DNA of 63,414 nucleotides, counting the filler, from Reclinomonas americana ATCC 50394 (taxonomy: Eukaryota), in assembly GCA_048213135.1 (NCBI GenBank). It is 3 parts of 3 records of this genome, joined end to end, with 100 filler letters (N's around TTAATTAATTAA, not from the genome) between each part and the next. Parts side by side here need not be neighbours in the genome. Positions count along the whole stretch, not along the records: positions 19,885 to 50,657 come from PS015587.1; 2 more parts are not named here. One strand, written 5' to 3'. The translations under genes were made by a program, and so were the position numbers. The first letter of the stretch is position 1. Every line of letters starts with the position of its first letter. Of the stretch, positions 36,801-49,068 are shown piece after piece. The notes beneath the pieces were generated by a model. That model ran no database searches and had not been told where the DNA came from. It saw only the letters and a list, made by a program, of their open reading frames with translations.

Positions 36801-39800
36801 CTACGCTCTTGTGTTTGTGCGTTCACGTTCATAGAGACAGGCTGTGCCGCTTGCTGTGCTCATCATGTACACACGTGCAGGCCCGCAAGTTGCCATCTGG
36901 TCGTCAGGACTTCTCGTTGGTGATTGCCGGGTCCAACATCGTCAGTGCGTCACCGGCCTGCCAACGTCGTCTTGTCACTCCACATTCATGATGCTGACTG
37001 CTCTTCTCCCAGTGCCTCCGTTCTCCATCCAGAGTCCGGAAATCAAGACCTCACCACTCACATGTGACACTATCAGCGTCACGCTTTATCACCCGAAGAA
37101 CGATGGCGGCGTGTCTCCCGACGGAGTCAGTGGACTTATGCTTCGCGGGTCTGTCATTGGCCTCCCTCCGCCCCTGATGATCACTGCATCGCGGCTCTCC
37201 ACTGAATTGATGATGCCTGCTGCACAGCGTGCAATACTTTTCGGCCGCCTCCGAAAGCAGTCTGATCAAGACAGTGAGCGACAGTATTCCAGTTGGCCAG
37301 TCGTCCTCCATGGACATTACCCTGAATACGAGCGGCAGGTATGCGTTGCGCATGCATTCACTTGGATTTTCATCGCTTCCGCGGTTGCCAATCGTCGTCC
37401 ATCCTTGTAGCTTGTACTTTCGGTCGATGTTTACCAACTCGGCTGGTCTGAGTGCGACAAGCCCGTCGTTTGTCGGCCCCTTTGTTGCATACGCGAGTGC
37501 GTCACGTCTCTCTCGCTCGGCAGTCCACTGCACTTGTGCAATAGACTTACAGCGCGTGGGCACAGAGAATTCATGGTCCATCCGCGTCGTCTTCAGCAAT
37601 GGTGCCACGGGTTTCAATGTGCCCACATACACGGGTCAGCTGGTGGGACGATTGGCGGTGGCCGAGGCCACTGGGACCGTCACGTTTTCGATTGTGGGCG
37701 GCGCCGACATGAATTCATTTGCGGTGACAGGCTCCAACCTGCTGGTGACCAAGGACGGCCTACTTGGCGACTCGTTTTCGCTCGTGATCCGCGCTGTGGA
37801 TTCCGCCAACAACTGCGTCGTTCAACCAGTGACGGTGACAACGCTGCAGGCACCGTTTTCCCTCCAGAATCTGGTCCCCTCGCGACTGCCGGCGCAAGTC
37901 AACGACAGCGATCCCCCGGCTGTGTTTCGTGTGCAAGGAACCGGCCTCGACCGCGTGCTGGAGGCTCGATTGATTCTCCAATCCGGCTCCTGTAGCGTCG
38001 ATGCTGCAGCAGCCAATGCACCCAATGTGCGCTCCGTAGCCTCGGCCACAATAACGTCGACCATGGTCAGTGTGGCTGTCATTTCGGTGGTGGCAGATAC
38101 GTACAAGGTGCGCTTGCAATCAGCATCCAATGATTGATTGTCCCCCTGCTCACTATGCACGTGTATGTTGTCACAGTTCTGCATGTTGGTCGCCGGTGCT
38201 CCCACCGCATGGACCGATACGGGATTCCTTGTGACGACGTACTATGGTACACGGATCTCCATGTTCTGCTTCTTTGACGACTGCTCACTGTGTACCACAT
38301 GCAGACCCAACGTATGTGCCGCCAACCTCGGCGCTGACCACGTCGTTTGTGCCGACGGCCATTGATGTCAGCACAACGTTGGGCACATCGTACGCAACGA
38401 CCATCACCGTCTTTGGGTTTGGCTTGTCGGCGGGCGATCAGGTGATGATTGTGACGGCGGGCTCTGACTGCAGTGGTGTTGGATTCCGAGCCACTGGTTT
38501 GTATGCTACACACCCCGGCAACACGCATACATTTGTGTCTTGCATTGTTATTCTCACACCGACCACCGTGGATGTATAAACAGTACCCACAGTGGCTGCC
38601 ACGAGCGCATCGCCACTGGGCGACACTATTCTCGTGACACTGACTGGCGACTCACCCACTCCCCAAGTTTTCGATCTGTGCATCTCCTACGCTGGCGCCA
38701 ACAATCACTTTGTGCCCGTGGTCGGCGGTTCAGTGACATTTTCTGGTGAGTTTGCACAGAGTGCGTGTCGCTCTTTTTCGTGACGCTAACATGCAATCTC
38801 TTCTTTGTCACAGTGGACGGAGTCAGTGGTAAGATATTGCTGTTGCTTGTGCTTTCTTTTTTGGCGAGTCAGTCTCATCTTTATCACCCTTGTGCAGTGG
38901 CCGAAGAGAGTACTCGATCGACGGGGAACACGACCATTGTTGCGCTCACAGTTTTCGCCCTTCCCCCGCACTTTTTTTGGCCGCACTTTGTTGACCTCCT
39001 CTATGACAGATTATTGGGTCTGCGGTGGGCGGTGGCAGTGGTCTGGTGATTCTCGTGTGGGTGCTGTGGATGTGCCTGCCGGTGGTGTGTCAGCGATGGA
39101 AATCGTCGAAGCGTGAGCGCAAAGCACCGCGCATTGTGCCTTTTGGGGGTGCCTTTGTCACGGCGGCGCAGGTTGTGCTGCCGAGTGGCAAGGTGGCCCC
39201 GGCGCCACACACGTTCTTGTCGATGCCCATGGCCATGTCGCCGGATTCGTCGTCTTCCAGTGGGTGGCACTCGCAAGACAACTTTATTCCGTCACCCACG
39301 GCGAGTACGCTGACCGACGACAGCCGCGGCCACGACGACTCGTTGTCGCCTGCCAGCATACCGGTGGATCAGCATGTGGAGGACTTTGTCGGCCTCACCC
39401 ACCGATTCCACAACGACGACTGGCGTGGCGTGCATGTGCACACGACCGGCGCCACCAGCATTCTCAGCGATCCACGTGCCGATCAAATCGACACACCGTC
39501 GGTGAGTCGCCGGAGACGACTATCACAGTTTTTTTGTTGTTGTTGTTGTCACTGACGCGGTGCACAGAGCGTGCTGCAAAACGTGTCAATGACCATTCCC
39601 AACGATCCCATCACCGACCTCCCCGGCATTATTGCGTCGCCCATTCGCCTGTCTGCACGCCACCATCGCGAACACCTCTCGGCTCACGAAGACAGCCTGT
39701 CGGAGGTGGAGGAGATTATCCATTCGATGCCAGCGGATCCCGACGATGCGATTCCCATGATCTCCACCACCAACGCAACGCAACTGGAAGAACCGCGCAC

Positions 39801-40287
39801 GCCCAAGCGCAACATGCTCGGCCAGGAGTTGGCTGGTTCCGCCCGTCGCAGTGCCGCTGCCGCTGGCATGGGGCTCGTTTTGCGTCGCAGTCCCGGTCCA
39901 GGCACCATTCGCAGCCCGGGTCCAGCTGGTGCAACTCCCGGCAGCATCACCCGCAGTCCGGGCACCAGTCGCAGCCCGGGTCTCTCGCGTAGCCCCGGTC
40001 TATCGCGAAGCCCAGGCGTCAATTCAGACGCTGGCACGCTGCAGACGCGCACACCAAGTGTGGCTGGCGACCGCGGCTCCTCGCTGCTGTTCATCGACGA
40101 GGGACCCGAGCTGGAGGCCACGCCAGTGGTCAACATGCGGCTGGAGCCTGGCGACGAGAGCCTCCAACTCGAATCCGCCAGCGACATTTCCGGCATCTCC
40201 GATGCAGGATTCACTCCACCGAGCGCACGCGCGCGATGGACACGACGTCGCACCAAGGAGCCGACGTATCTCGATTTTGAAATGTGA
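32596..40287 (+). CDS. Membrane-anchored S8 subtilase (KP-43 / Dictyostelium Tag-protease type) with cadherin-like and IPT-like domains, TM helix and cytoplasmic tail; heavily intron-interrupted
   Basis: Signal peptide. Catalytic Asp GQLIG|LADSGLD, His DGHGTHT|SGIIAG, oxyanion FPTGNAG, Ser MGTSHAA. Also ALLRQYL, SSLMRALII, GFGR and SLTLAWSD. Cadherin-like VGRLAV..TFSIVGG..FSLVIRAVDS. TM IIGSAVGGGSGLVILVWVLWMCL followed by RWKSSKRERK. TGA 40285-40287. Confidence 0.92.
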
Positions 40288-40495
40288 TTTTTTCTCGACC
40301 ACTTGTCTCTGCAAGAGAACAGTGTGTCTCTTTTCTCTATGCCTTTCTGTACGTGCACTATCATCTCTCCTGTTAATTGTTTTGCTGTCTAATACAAACA
40401 CACGCAACCATTAGAAGAAAAATTGGTCGATTGCGGTTCCGAGCCAGTTTGTTCAATTGGCCTTTTTTCTGTGTGTGTGCGCGCGTGCAGACATC

Positions 40496-41748
40496 ATGCT
40501 CTCCGCGACCTCCTCTGCTGCCACTCAACAGAAGCCCACGCAGGTACGTGTGTGTGTGTGGTACGAGATAATACCCAGGAAGAGAAACGGCACTTTGACT
40601 TTTGCTCTCTCTCATTCTTTGCCAAGTCGACCAAACGCCGTGGAGGTCGAGATGCGCGACTTGTCCGCGAGGAAGAGGTGACACACACACAAGAGTGAGT
40701 GGGAGAGAGAGACTCACAATCACCGACCTGCAGGATCGCGTCTCTCTGCGCGCACCTCATCAGTCCGGCATCTTCAATCGAGGCAAGCGATCGACAGTTG
40801 TCCGCCCGTGCACAGGTTGACGGCTCTTTCGCGCACGACTGCTGCTGTTTCCCTCTCCCTCTCTCTCCACTGATGCAGCAGCGATACAGAGATCTTTGAC
40901 GAGCTGCTGCATCACCACAAGGGAGCTCCGGCATCGGAGCTGCTGTCGCCGCCTCCACCTCGCCAACAACAAAAGCCGGCAGTTGCACCAGTCGTCACCA
41001 CGGCACAGGCGCCTCCCAAACCACCACCAGCACCCGTGCCACTGCCGGAGCCACGAAAGGCCAGTGCCATTGCGCATCCTGCACTGTGGGTCGACGACGC
41101 GATTCATGTGCGCGCAGGGTCGCTGACGAGTTGCGTGGCCAGTTGTCGTCACCAAGCACTCTCGGAACCGACTGTTTCGTGTTGCAGGCGCACTGGATCG
41201 CATCGACGACGAGCTGGAAGCGTTGGCCATACGAACCGTGGCGCGTCTGGCGGCCGCCAAGCGTGGTGGCGTGTTGAGCCAGTCCGATCAGCTCCATCAG
41301 AGTGCCTCGCAGATCGCTGGCGATGTGTTGGGATCGTTGCAGAGCGTGGAGTCCAGCACGCAGGGCGAGGTGGACATGATGGAGCAGGAGCGTGAGCTGA
41401 TGGATCGAGCGGTGCAGGTGACTGGAGCCGCCAGACAGACAATCTGCTGCTGCACGCAACATACTCACTGTTCCCCCGCAGCATCTGCACCATTTGCAGA
41501 AGCGCGTGACGCAAACGCGACTGCAACGCGCCCACGAACACCACCGACGTGGACGAAGAGAGTCGGAAATGCCAGCAAGGGTGGCGACCACTGCCGCAGT
41601 TGATGACGACGAGCTCTTCAGTGAGCGACCACTGCACCTGTCGCCGTCGTCACCGAGTTCGCGGTCACAGAAGTGGCTCGCCTCGCTGTCCGAGTCGCCA
41701 GAGAGGAAACGACGACGAACCGAGGTCACGCGACGTGGCGGGCGGTGA
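40496..41748 (+). CDS. Hypothetical multi-exon protein (Pro-rich middle, short coiled coil, basic NLS-like end)
   Basis: Exons join at GT-AG boundaries: ..SGIFNRGKRS.., EIFDELLHH..PPPAP.., ALDRIDDELEAL..EQERELMDRAVQ|KRV..RKRRRTE*. Confidence 0.5.
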
Positions 41749-41778
41749 TCAATCTAAACAGTCTACGTTGTACACGAT

Positions 41779-44700
41779 TCATTCCGATGACACCTGCGGA
41801 GGGAGGGTTGAGAGGGAGAGGGATGAGGAACAGAGCGCTCGCGTTGGACTCACCACCAAAGAAAAAGCTGCCGATTGACAAGCCCTTGTTCTGAACTGCT
41901 CACGAGCGCATTGCTTGCTGTGTCGATTAACGGCAGCGGCGGCCTCCTTGGCCGTGACACCAGAACCTTGCATCATTACATCCTGAGCGAGAGGAACGAT
42001 GAATGACATATTGTGCACGCAGACAGACTTGTGCTGCTCTCCCTGTCTCACTCACTCTCTCTCTCTCTCGCTTTCCCTCTCTCTCCCTCTCCTCAAGTCA
42101 CCTTAATTAACCGCAAATGCAGCACGCTTTCGACGGCACTCAGGTGGCACAGACGACGAAATGCGTCCGTGGCCTCACTGAGCGCCCCCGAAGCCGTCTC
42201 CAGCGCCTCCCTTGACACTGATTCGCCACTTAATAGCGCTACAGCAGGGGAGTATGAGACGAGTGCGACGAGGACGGCAGTGGTGGAGACGAAGCTGCAT
42301 CCTCACCGTCGGCATACAGTGCACGAGTCGAGGCAGTCGGCGCCGTGGTGCTACCACTCGACTGTGCCGTCTTTTCCACAAAATCGCGAATGAGCCGCAA
42401 GTTGGCTTCGCGCTTGGTCGTCTTGGCCGCCAGATGCAGGCACGTGACAAAGTTGGCAATGCGCGGTGCCGTTCCCAGTTCCGCGGAGCCCACCTGTCGA
42501 ATCTCCTCCAGGCACTCGTTGTACTGTTCGTGTTTTGTGAGCGAGAGAGACGAAAGAGACAACTTGGAGGAGTGAGCGTACCTCCTTTCCTGTTGTGTCC
42601 AAGTGTCTCGCCACGTACAACGTGAGAAAGAGGAGTGTGCGTGTCCAGAAGAGTAGCGTCCGTCGAACACCCTGCGATCGTGCATCAGAAACATATGAAA
42701 TCCCCACGCATCGCCTCCCCTCCCCCTTGTCGCACCTTGGCACGTGTAATCACGTGCAGATGGCGCACAGTGGCCGACCACTCGCACATTTCGTAGCAAA
42801 CAAGGCCGGCGATCAAGTGCCACGTGAGTACCTCACAGTGCGGCTCGGCCTCGGTGCCGCCCTGCATCACTTGCAGGTCCTCTGGAAGGGGGAGCGGTGA
42901 GTGACAGACTTAAGTACTGGAGTGAGAGAGAGAAGATCTCTCTACCCTCTCCCTCTCCCTCTCCCTTATCTCCCTCTCCCTCTCTCACCGGCCAGTTCCC
43001 ACGCCGCGCCAAGAACATCGCACGCCACATCGAAACGCAAAAATGAAGAGGCCGCCAGCGCCGCACGCTGCAGCAAGAGCCAATGCAGGGTGCGCATTGC
43101 GGCAGCCCGCTGTGAGGCCACCGAGAGTGAGGAGTCGGCGCCCGTGCGCGCCAGGTGGTTCTGCAGATCAGCGATACCGCGACACAAGTGTCGATCGGCC
43201 GTGACCGCACCTGCGGGGGGGGGGGGGGGGTGAGTATGAATGGAAAGTGGGGGACGGTCGGCACACGCAACTCTCCTCTGTTGCATCGGTGTGCTGCAGC
43301 GCCGCGGCGGCCACCAATCCACAAATGACACCGCGCATCACCGTGGGAGCCGGTATCACGCCCGACATGTCCACTCGCCACTGTATGAGCACCACAGCAC
43401 GCTCCTCGACGTCGTTGGCCGACCGCAGTGCTTTCTGGCCGAGCTCGGCCAGACAACTCCACTCGCGCAGCATGGCATGGTGAAACATGCACAGCACGGC
43501 GTACTGTGCTTTCAGTGCCGCGGCCATGAACTGTGCGGCGAAAGAGAAGGAGAGGTAAGCGATAAGCAGACACTCTTATAAATTGGAGGTGAGACGCGCA
43601 CCGTGTCCGTGACGTGAGCGACGCCTGTGGTCTCACTCGCCGGCGTCGAGGCGACCAGACTGATCAGCTGCACGACCGCCGCCTCTGCATGTGCGCCCAG
43701 GTATGAGAGGAACATAAGGGAGGGGCTGCCACCGGGGGTAAAGCTGTGGCGCAACTGGCTCGCCCTCTTGCTCGCTTGACGCGCTCGGCACGACTGCCCT
43801 CGGCAATGTGCAGTTGAAAGAGGTCCAGTGCGGTGATGGCCTGGAGGTGAGACGGAGAGAGGGAGAGGGAGAGTCAACGGGAGACAATCGTGGAATTAGC
43901 GAGTGGCCAAGGCGATGGAGACCAGCCATAACAAGCAACAAAAAACAACAAAGCGTGCGCGAGAGAGAAAGAGAGAGTCCTATGCGACAAAAGAAGATGC
44001 AAGATCACGCGTAAGAGATGAGAGAGAGAGAAGGGGGAGAGAAACCTCACGGAAGTGGCGAGTGCCAAGAAGGCGATACAGAACGGCGATCACAAGTAAG
44101 ATGAGAGTGACAACATCATATCTGCGCGTCTAGAGCAACTTCGTCGCAGGAAGAGGAACGGAACCAAAGAGCGACACAAGAACGACGACAAGATACGCGA
44201 GAAAGAAGGCAATGTACAAAGAAGCAGAGACGACAGGGGAAGAGGAAAGAGAAAACAGAATACCCGCCTGTCCAGAGCAACTAACAACACGTCACAGGAA
44301 GAGGAAAGGAACGAAAGAGCGACACAAGAACGACCACAGGGTACACGAGAGAGGGAAAGAGAAAAAGAGAGAGAGAGAGAGCTTGGGGATGAGACTGTCG
44401 GAGAGACAACTCAGGGGAAGGCGCGAGTGGCAAGAAGGCGGCACAGAACGACGATTACACGCAACACAGGGTGAGAAGACACGAGAGAGTGACTTAGAAA
44501 GAGAACGAGAGAGAGAGCGGTGTTGGTCATTGAGAGACAACTCATCAGAGGAGGCGAGTGGCAAAAGAAGGCAATGTACAAGGAAGCAGGGATAACCGAG
44601 GAAGAGGAAGGCCTGCGCATGCCCATTCGACAGACAACTCACCGCCAACACCGCCGACCCGCGACGCCCGACCGCAGCCTCACTGAAGCACTCATCGTGC

Positions 44701-45260
44701 ACCGCGCGAAGCAAGTCAAACGATCGCACATCCTCGCCAGAAGTAGCAGCAGAAGCAGCAGCAGCACGCGACGAAGTCGCACTCTCATCGACCTCCATAT
44801 CCTCCACTGATCGCTCTTTCATCAATGCACAAAAAAGGAGGGAAAATGATTGCGATGCAATGCAGACCATGCAAGGTCTCCAGAGAGCGTTTGAGAGCGA
44901 CCACACGCGCGTGCACAACTCGCGCATATCGCAGACACTGTCGCCACTGATCGTCGACCTCTGCAGTTGTCGAGCTGTGCGTACTGTGAGAGAGAGTTTG
45001 CCTCAAAGAGTCACACACTCTGTCGCGCGTTACCTCACACGCTGTTCACAAGTGTGCATCGCCTGCTGTGTTGACTCCATCACTTCTGCGATCTGTGTGT
45101 TGTATTCTGTGAGTGTGTGAGTTGCAGTGTGTCTTCTTCTCAGTGAGTGCGACGTGACTGTGGTGCGACCCGACATCACTGCCCACTCAATGTCGGTGCC
45201 ACACAGCAGCTGTGAGCACACAGTGTGCATGGTGGTGGAGGAGTCTTCATCGACCTCCAT
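41779..45260 (-). CDS. Multi-exon alpha-helical (TPR-like) hypothetical protein, possibly a divergent APC5
   Basis: GT-AG exon chain from MEVDEDSS (45260). C-terminal REALETASGALSEATDAFRRL..SVLHL and LLLQRAALAASSFL resemble APC5 C-terminal helices by eye only. The 3' end is uncertain. Confidence 0.45.
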
Positions 45261-45549
45261 CTCTCAGAACGGACAGCGGGAAATGATTGACGGGACTTTG
45301 ATCGGACGCTGAAGCAAACCCCCTGCGGCCAGGCAGTTGTCTTTCGACTACAACAAGTACAACAGGTACATGTGAGATATCGAGTACGTGCGTGGATGGA
45401 GGGCGGTCCGTGGCAATAGCTGGATCGCGATCGAAGTCGACTTCGCGATATCGATATTCCCCTCGCGGTTCTCGACCTCGCTTTGGCCGTTACCCAAGAC
45501 TGGATGTGTCTTGTAAGATCGCGGAAAACGCTATGCCACCGATATGAAC

Positions 45550-45956
45550 CTCACCAACAGCATGACAAGCTCTCTTTTGTTTCAACCACACCACCAATGA
45601 CGACGCCTCCACTTCACGGATCCGGACCCGGCTTTGCTACAACAACAACAACAACAACAACAACTTTACTAATCCAAACAGCAATTGTTTGCCTGCCTTA
45701 TGGCCTTTTCCCGAATTCGATATGCCGTGTACGATCGCAGAAAACGCTATGCGTCTTATGCAAGTGCGTCAAATCCACTGGTCAACCACGCTTTTGCGGC
45801 GAAGATCGCAGTTCTCGACTTGTTCGGAGCTCCGAGAGCGAACACACACACACAAGGAACCTGCTGCTGCCTCAAGATTGGTGTATGTGTTGATGTTTTG
45901 GATACGGTTGAAGATGGTCATCAAGACAGCTGTTGCTTGTTTGTTGGTGAATGATT
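45550..45956 (+). repeat. Dispersed non-coding repeat, copy 2, carrying an (ACA)n insertion
   Basis: Colinear with the reverse complement of 18490-18870; extra (ACA)n tract at ~45639-45665. Confidence 0.85.
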
Positions 45957-46349
45957 TGTTGTAGCCCGATTTGCACGGGAAGATCGCCGCAAACGCTGTG
46001 TCCGATCGCGAGCGAGCACGATATGCAGGGTACTTTGAGAGAAATAGAAGAGAAGGAACACAACGAACGGCCTGCATCGAGTATTCACATGCGCTGCGTG
46101 TGACGGGATCAAGGTGCTCTGCAGGACTGCAGCACAGTATGTTCGAACCTCCTTCTCCCACTCACTCCCACTCACACACACGCACACACAAAATGCGTTT
46201 CCTCCCGCCACACACCCAACGGCCAACGAACACGAAACGATGCGCGTGATGGACGCCACCGACACTGTCGGGTACACACGCAGCTCCCACTCAACACTCA
46301 AAGCAAGCACACAGCAGGTGTCTAGTGTGTGTGTGCGTGTGTGACAGTG

Positions 46350-49029
46350 ATGGAGTCACCGGGATCGCCACGTGGCGGCAACGGAATCAGCACAGTGCGT
46401 GTGGCGACATCACTCGCCTCCTCCTCCTCCACCGGACGCCCTCACCAGCAACAGCAGTCTCCTCCTCCGCTTCACAACCCTGCTGTTGCGCGTGTGCGCC
46501 ACTCTCCGCCTGTGGCAGTGGCGCCACAACAACAACAACAACAGTCGCCGAGTGGAAGCAGTGTGCGCAGTGGTGTTGGCATGCCCGCGCGGCCATCGCC
46601 CTCTGCGAGCTCGGGTACCACCCAGAGAAGCACGCCGTCGTCGTTGTTGCCTGCGGCGGGGGGTGTGGGAGGTGTGTGGAGAGTGAGAGAGAGAGAGGGG
46701 CGAGTGTGTCACTTTGATCGTAGGCAAACACATTGATTGATGGAAACGATCGCTTGTTTCTCTCTCTCTCTCCCTCCCTCATACACGCTCAGTGGCACCC
46801 TCTCATTCCCATCCTGTCATTGACACGCTCACTCTCCTTCCTCTGCTTTTCACTCTCGTTCCTCCCTCCCTCGTGCCTTCTTCCTCCTTCCTTCGCCCTC
46901 CCCACTTTCCCTCGCATCGCTCTCCGTGCCTTTCGTCCTCCTTCCTTCGCCCTCCTCACCTTTCTCACTCCACTCCCCCACTTCTCTCGCATCGCACTAT
47001 CTCGTCTCTCATCCCTCCTTCGCTCTCAATCGCCCTTGCTCCTTCCTTCGCTCTTCGTCCTCCTTCCATCATACTTCCTCCTCCTCCCTTCGCCCACACC
47101 TCCCTTCGCCCACACCTTCCTCTCTCAACTCCCTCTCCCTCCTCTCTCTCTCCCTCCTTCTTTCCTTCTTCTCCCATTCGTCTTCCTTTCCTTCTCTCTC
47201 CCTCCTTCTTCACTTTCCTTCGCCCTCCTTCTCCCCCACTTCTCTCACTTTTCACTCTCTCACTCTTTCATCCCTCCTTCGCTATTCTTCTGCTTCCTTC
47301 TCCCTTCCTCACCATCCTTTCCTTGTCTCCCTCTCTCCTCCCTTTCCTTTACTCACCCCTTCTCCCTCTCCCTCCCCTCTCCTGGCAGTCAAACGACCTC
47401 TCTCCTCGCCCATGGTCTCCCGCACGAGCACCTCGGCACTGGCTTCGACCGCCATCAGCAAGCTTCCCGACGATGGCAGCGGGCTGGCGCAGCAAATGAC
47501 CGACTTGTTTCGCTCGATTGAGCCCGGATCGCGCAGCGCCTTCCGTCCGCATTCTGTGGATCTCGCCGCGCCGCTAAAGCCGTTCATTCCGGTGTATATT
47601 CCGCATGTGGCCGATGCAGAGCGTTTCCTCATGGTGCGGAAAGGGAGGGATCGAGAAAGAGGAGAGAGAGAACGTGAGACGGGAAGTGACGCTGCTTGCT
47701 GGTTTCTGATGTGGTGTTCTTGTTTTCACGCAGGTATCGCGTCCGGATCGACAGCAGACCGACATTGGTCTCGCCGTCCTCGATGAACAGTCCATGACTA
47801 ATATTCACAGTGGACAGAGTTGCGTCTCTCTTGTTTCTCGTGGCATTTCGTAATTCGCATACACTGCCTTGTCTTGCACACTCTCATTCCGACAGCGCTC
47901 TTGCTCTGCTCCTTCGCCCCCACTCCGTTTTGTCTCTGTCTATCTCACCCTCATGCATGTCTTCTTCATTTCCTTGCCTCCGTTTGTCTGATCATATCTG
48001 TCTGTCTCTCTCCCTCCCTCTCCCTCTCCCTCCCTCTCCCTCCCTCTGCCTTTTGCTCTTTTTTTCCCATCCCTCTCCCTCCCCCATCCCTCTCCCTCCC
48101 TCTCCCCTCCCTCCCCCTCACCTTCCCCTCTTTCCCCCTCCCCCCTCTCNNNNNNNNNNNNNNNNNNNNNNNNNNNNNNNNNNNNNNNNNNNNNNNNNNN
48201 NNNNNNNNNNNNNNNNNNNNNNNNNNNNNNNNNNNNNNNNNNNNNNNNNNNNNNNNNNNNNNNNNNNNNNNNNNNNNNNNNNNNNNNNNNNNNNNNNNNN
48301 NNNNNNNNNNNNNNNNNNNNNNNNNNNNNNNNNNNNNNNNNNNNNNNNNNNNNNNNNNNNNNNNNNNNNNNNNNNNNNNNNNNNNNNNNNNNNNNNNNNN
48401 NNNNNNNNNNNNNNNNNNNNNNNNNNNNNNNNNNNNNNNNNNNNNNNNNNNNNNNNNNNNNNNNNNNNNNNNNNNNNNNNNNNNNNNNNNNNNNNNNNNN
48501 NNNNNNNNNNNNNNNNNNNNNNNNNNNNNNNNNNNNNNNNNNNNNNNNNNNNNNNNNNNNNNNNNNNNNNNNNNNNNNNNNNNNNNNNNNNNNNNNNNNN
48601 NNNNNNNNNNNNNNNNNNNNNNNNNNNNNNNNNNNNNNNNNNNNNNNNNNNNNNNNNNNNNNNNNNNNNNNNNNNNNNNNNNNNNNNNNNNNNNNNNNNN
48701 NNNNNNNNNNNNNNNNNNNNNNNNNNNNNNNNNNNNNNNNNNNNNNNNNNNNNNNNNNNNNNNNNNNNNNNNNNNNNNNNNNNNNNNNNNNNNNNNNNNN
48801 NNNNNNNNNNNNNNNNNNNNNNNNNNNNNNNNNNNNNNNNNNNNNNNNNNNNNNNNNNNNNNNNNNNNNNNNNNNNNNNNNNNNNNNNNNNNNNNNNNNN
48901 NNNNNNNNNNNNNNNNNNNNNNNNNNNNNNNNNNNNNNNNNNNNNNNNNNNNNNNNNNNNNNNNNNNNNNNNNNNNNNNNNNNNNNNNNNNNNNNNNNNN
49001 NNNNNNNNNNNNNNNCAATTACGGTCACT

Positions 49030-49068
<39 letters not shown>

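Noticed and set aside
21583..40287. Stop-codon reassignment or non-canonical (euglenozoan-type or U12) introns
   Set aside because: In the FANCI, subtilase and glutaredoxin junctions I traced, in-frame stops fall inside GT-AG introns. TGA, TAA and TAG all appear as terminators. One possible GAG acceptor (~36561) is too ambiguous to claim.
46733..47388. Leu/Ser/Pro/Phe-rich 'membrane protein' ORFs
   Set aside because: This is a polypyrimidine intron ending in CAG before the IFT46-like exon; the stop-free frames result from base composition.
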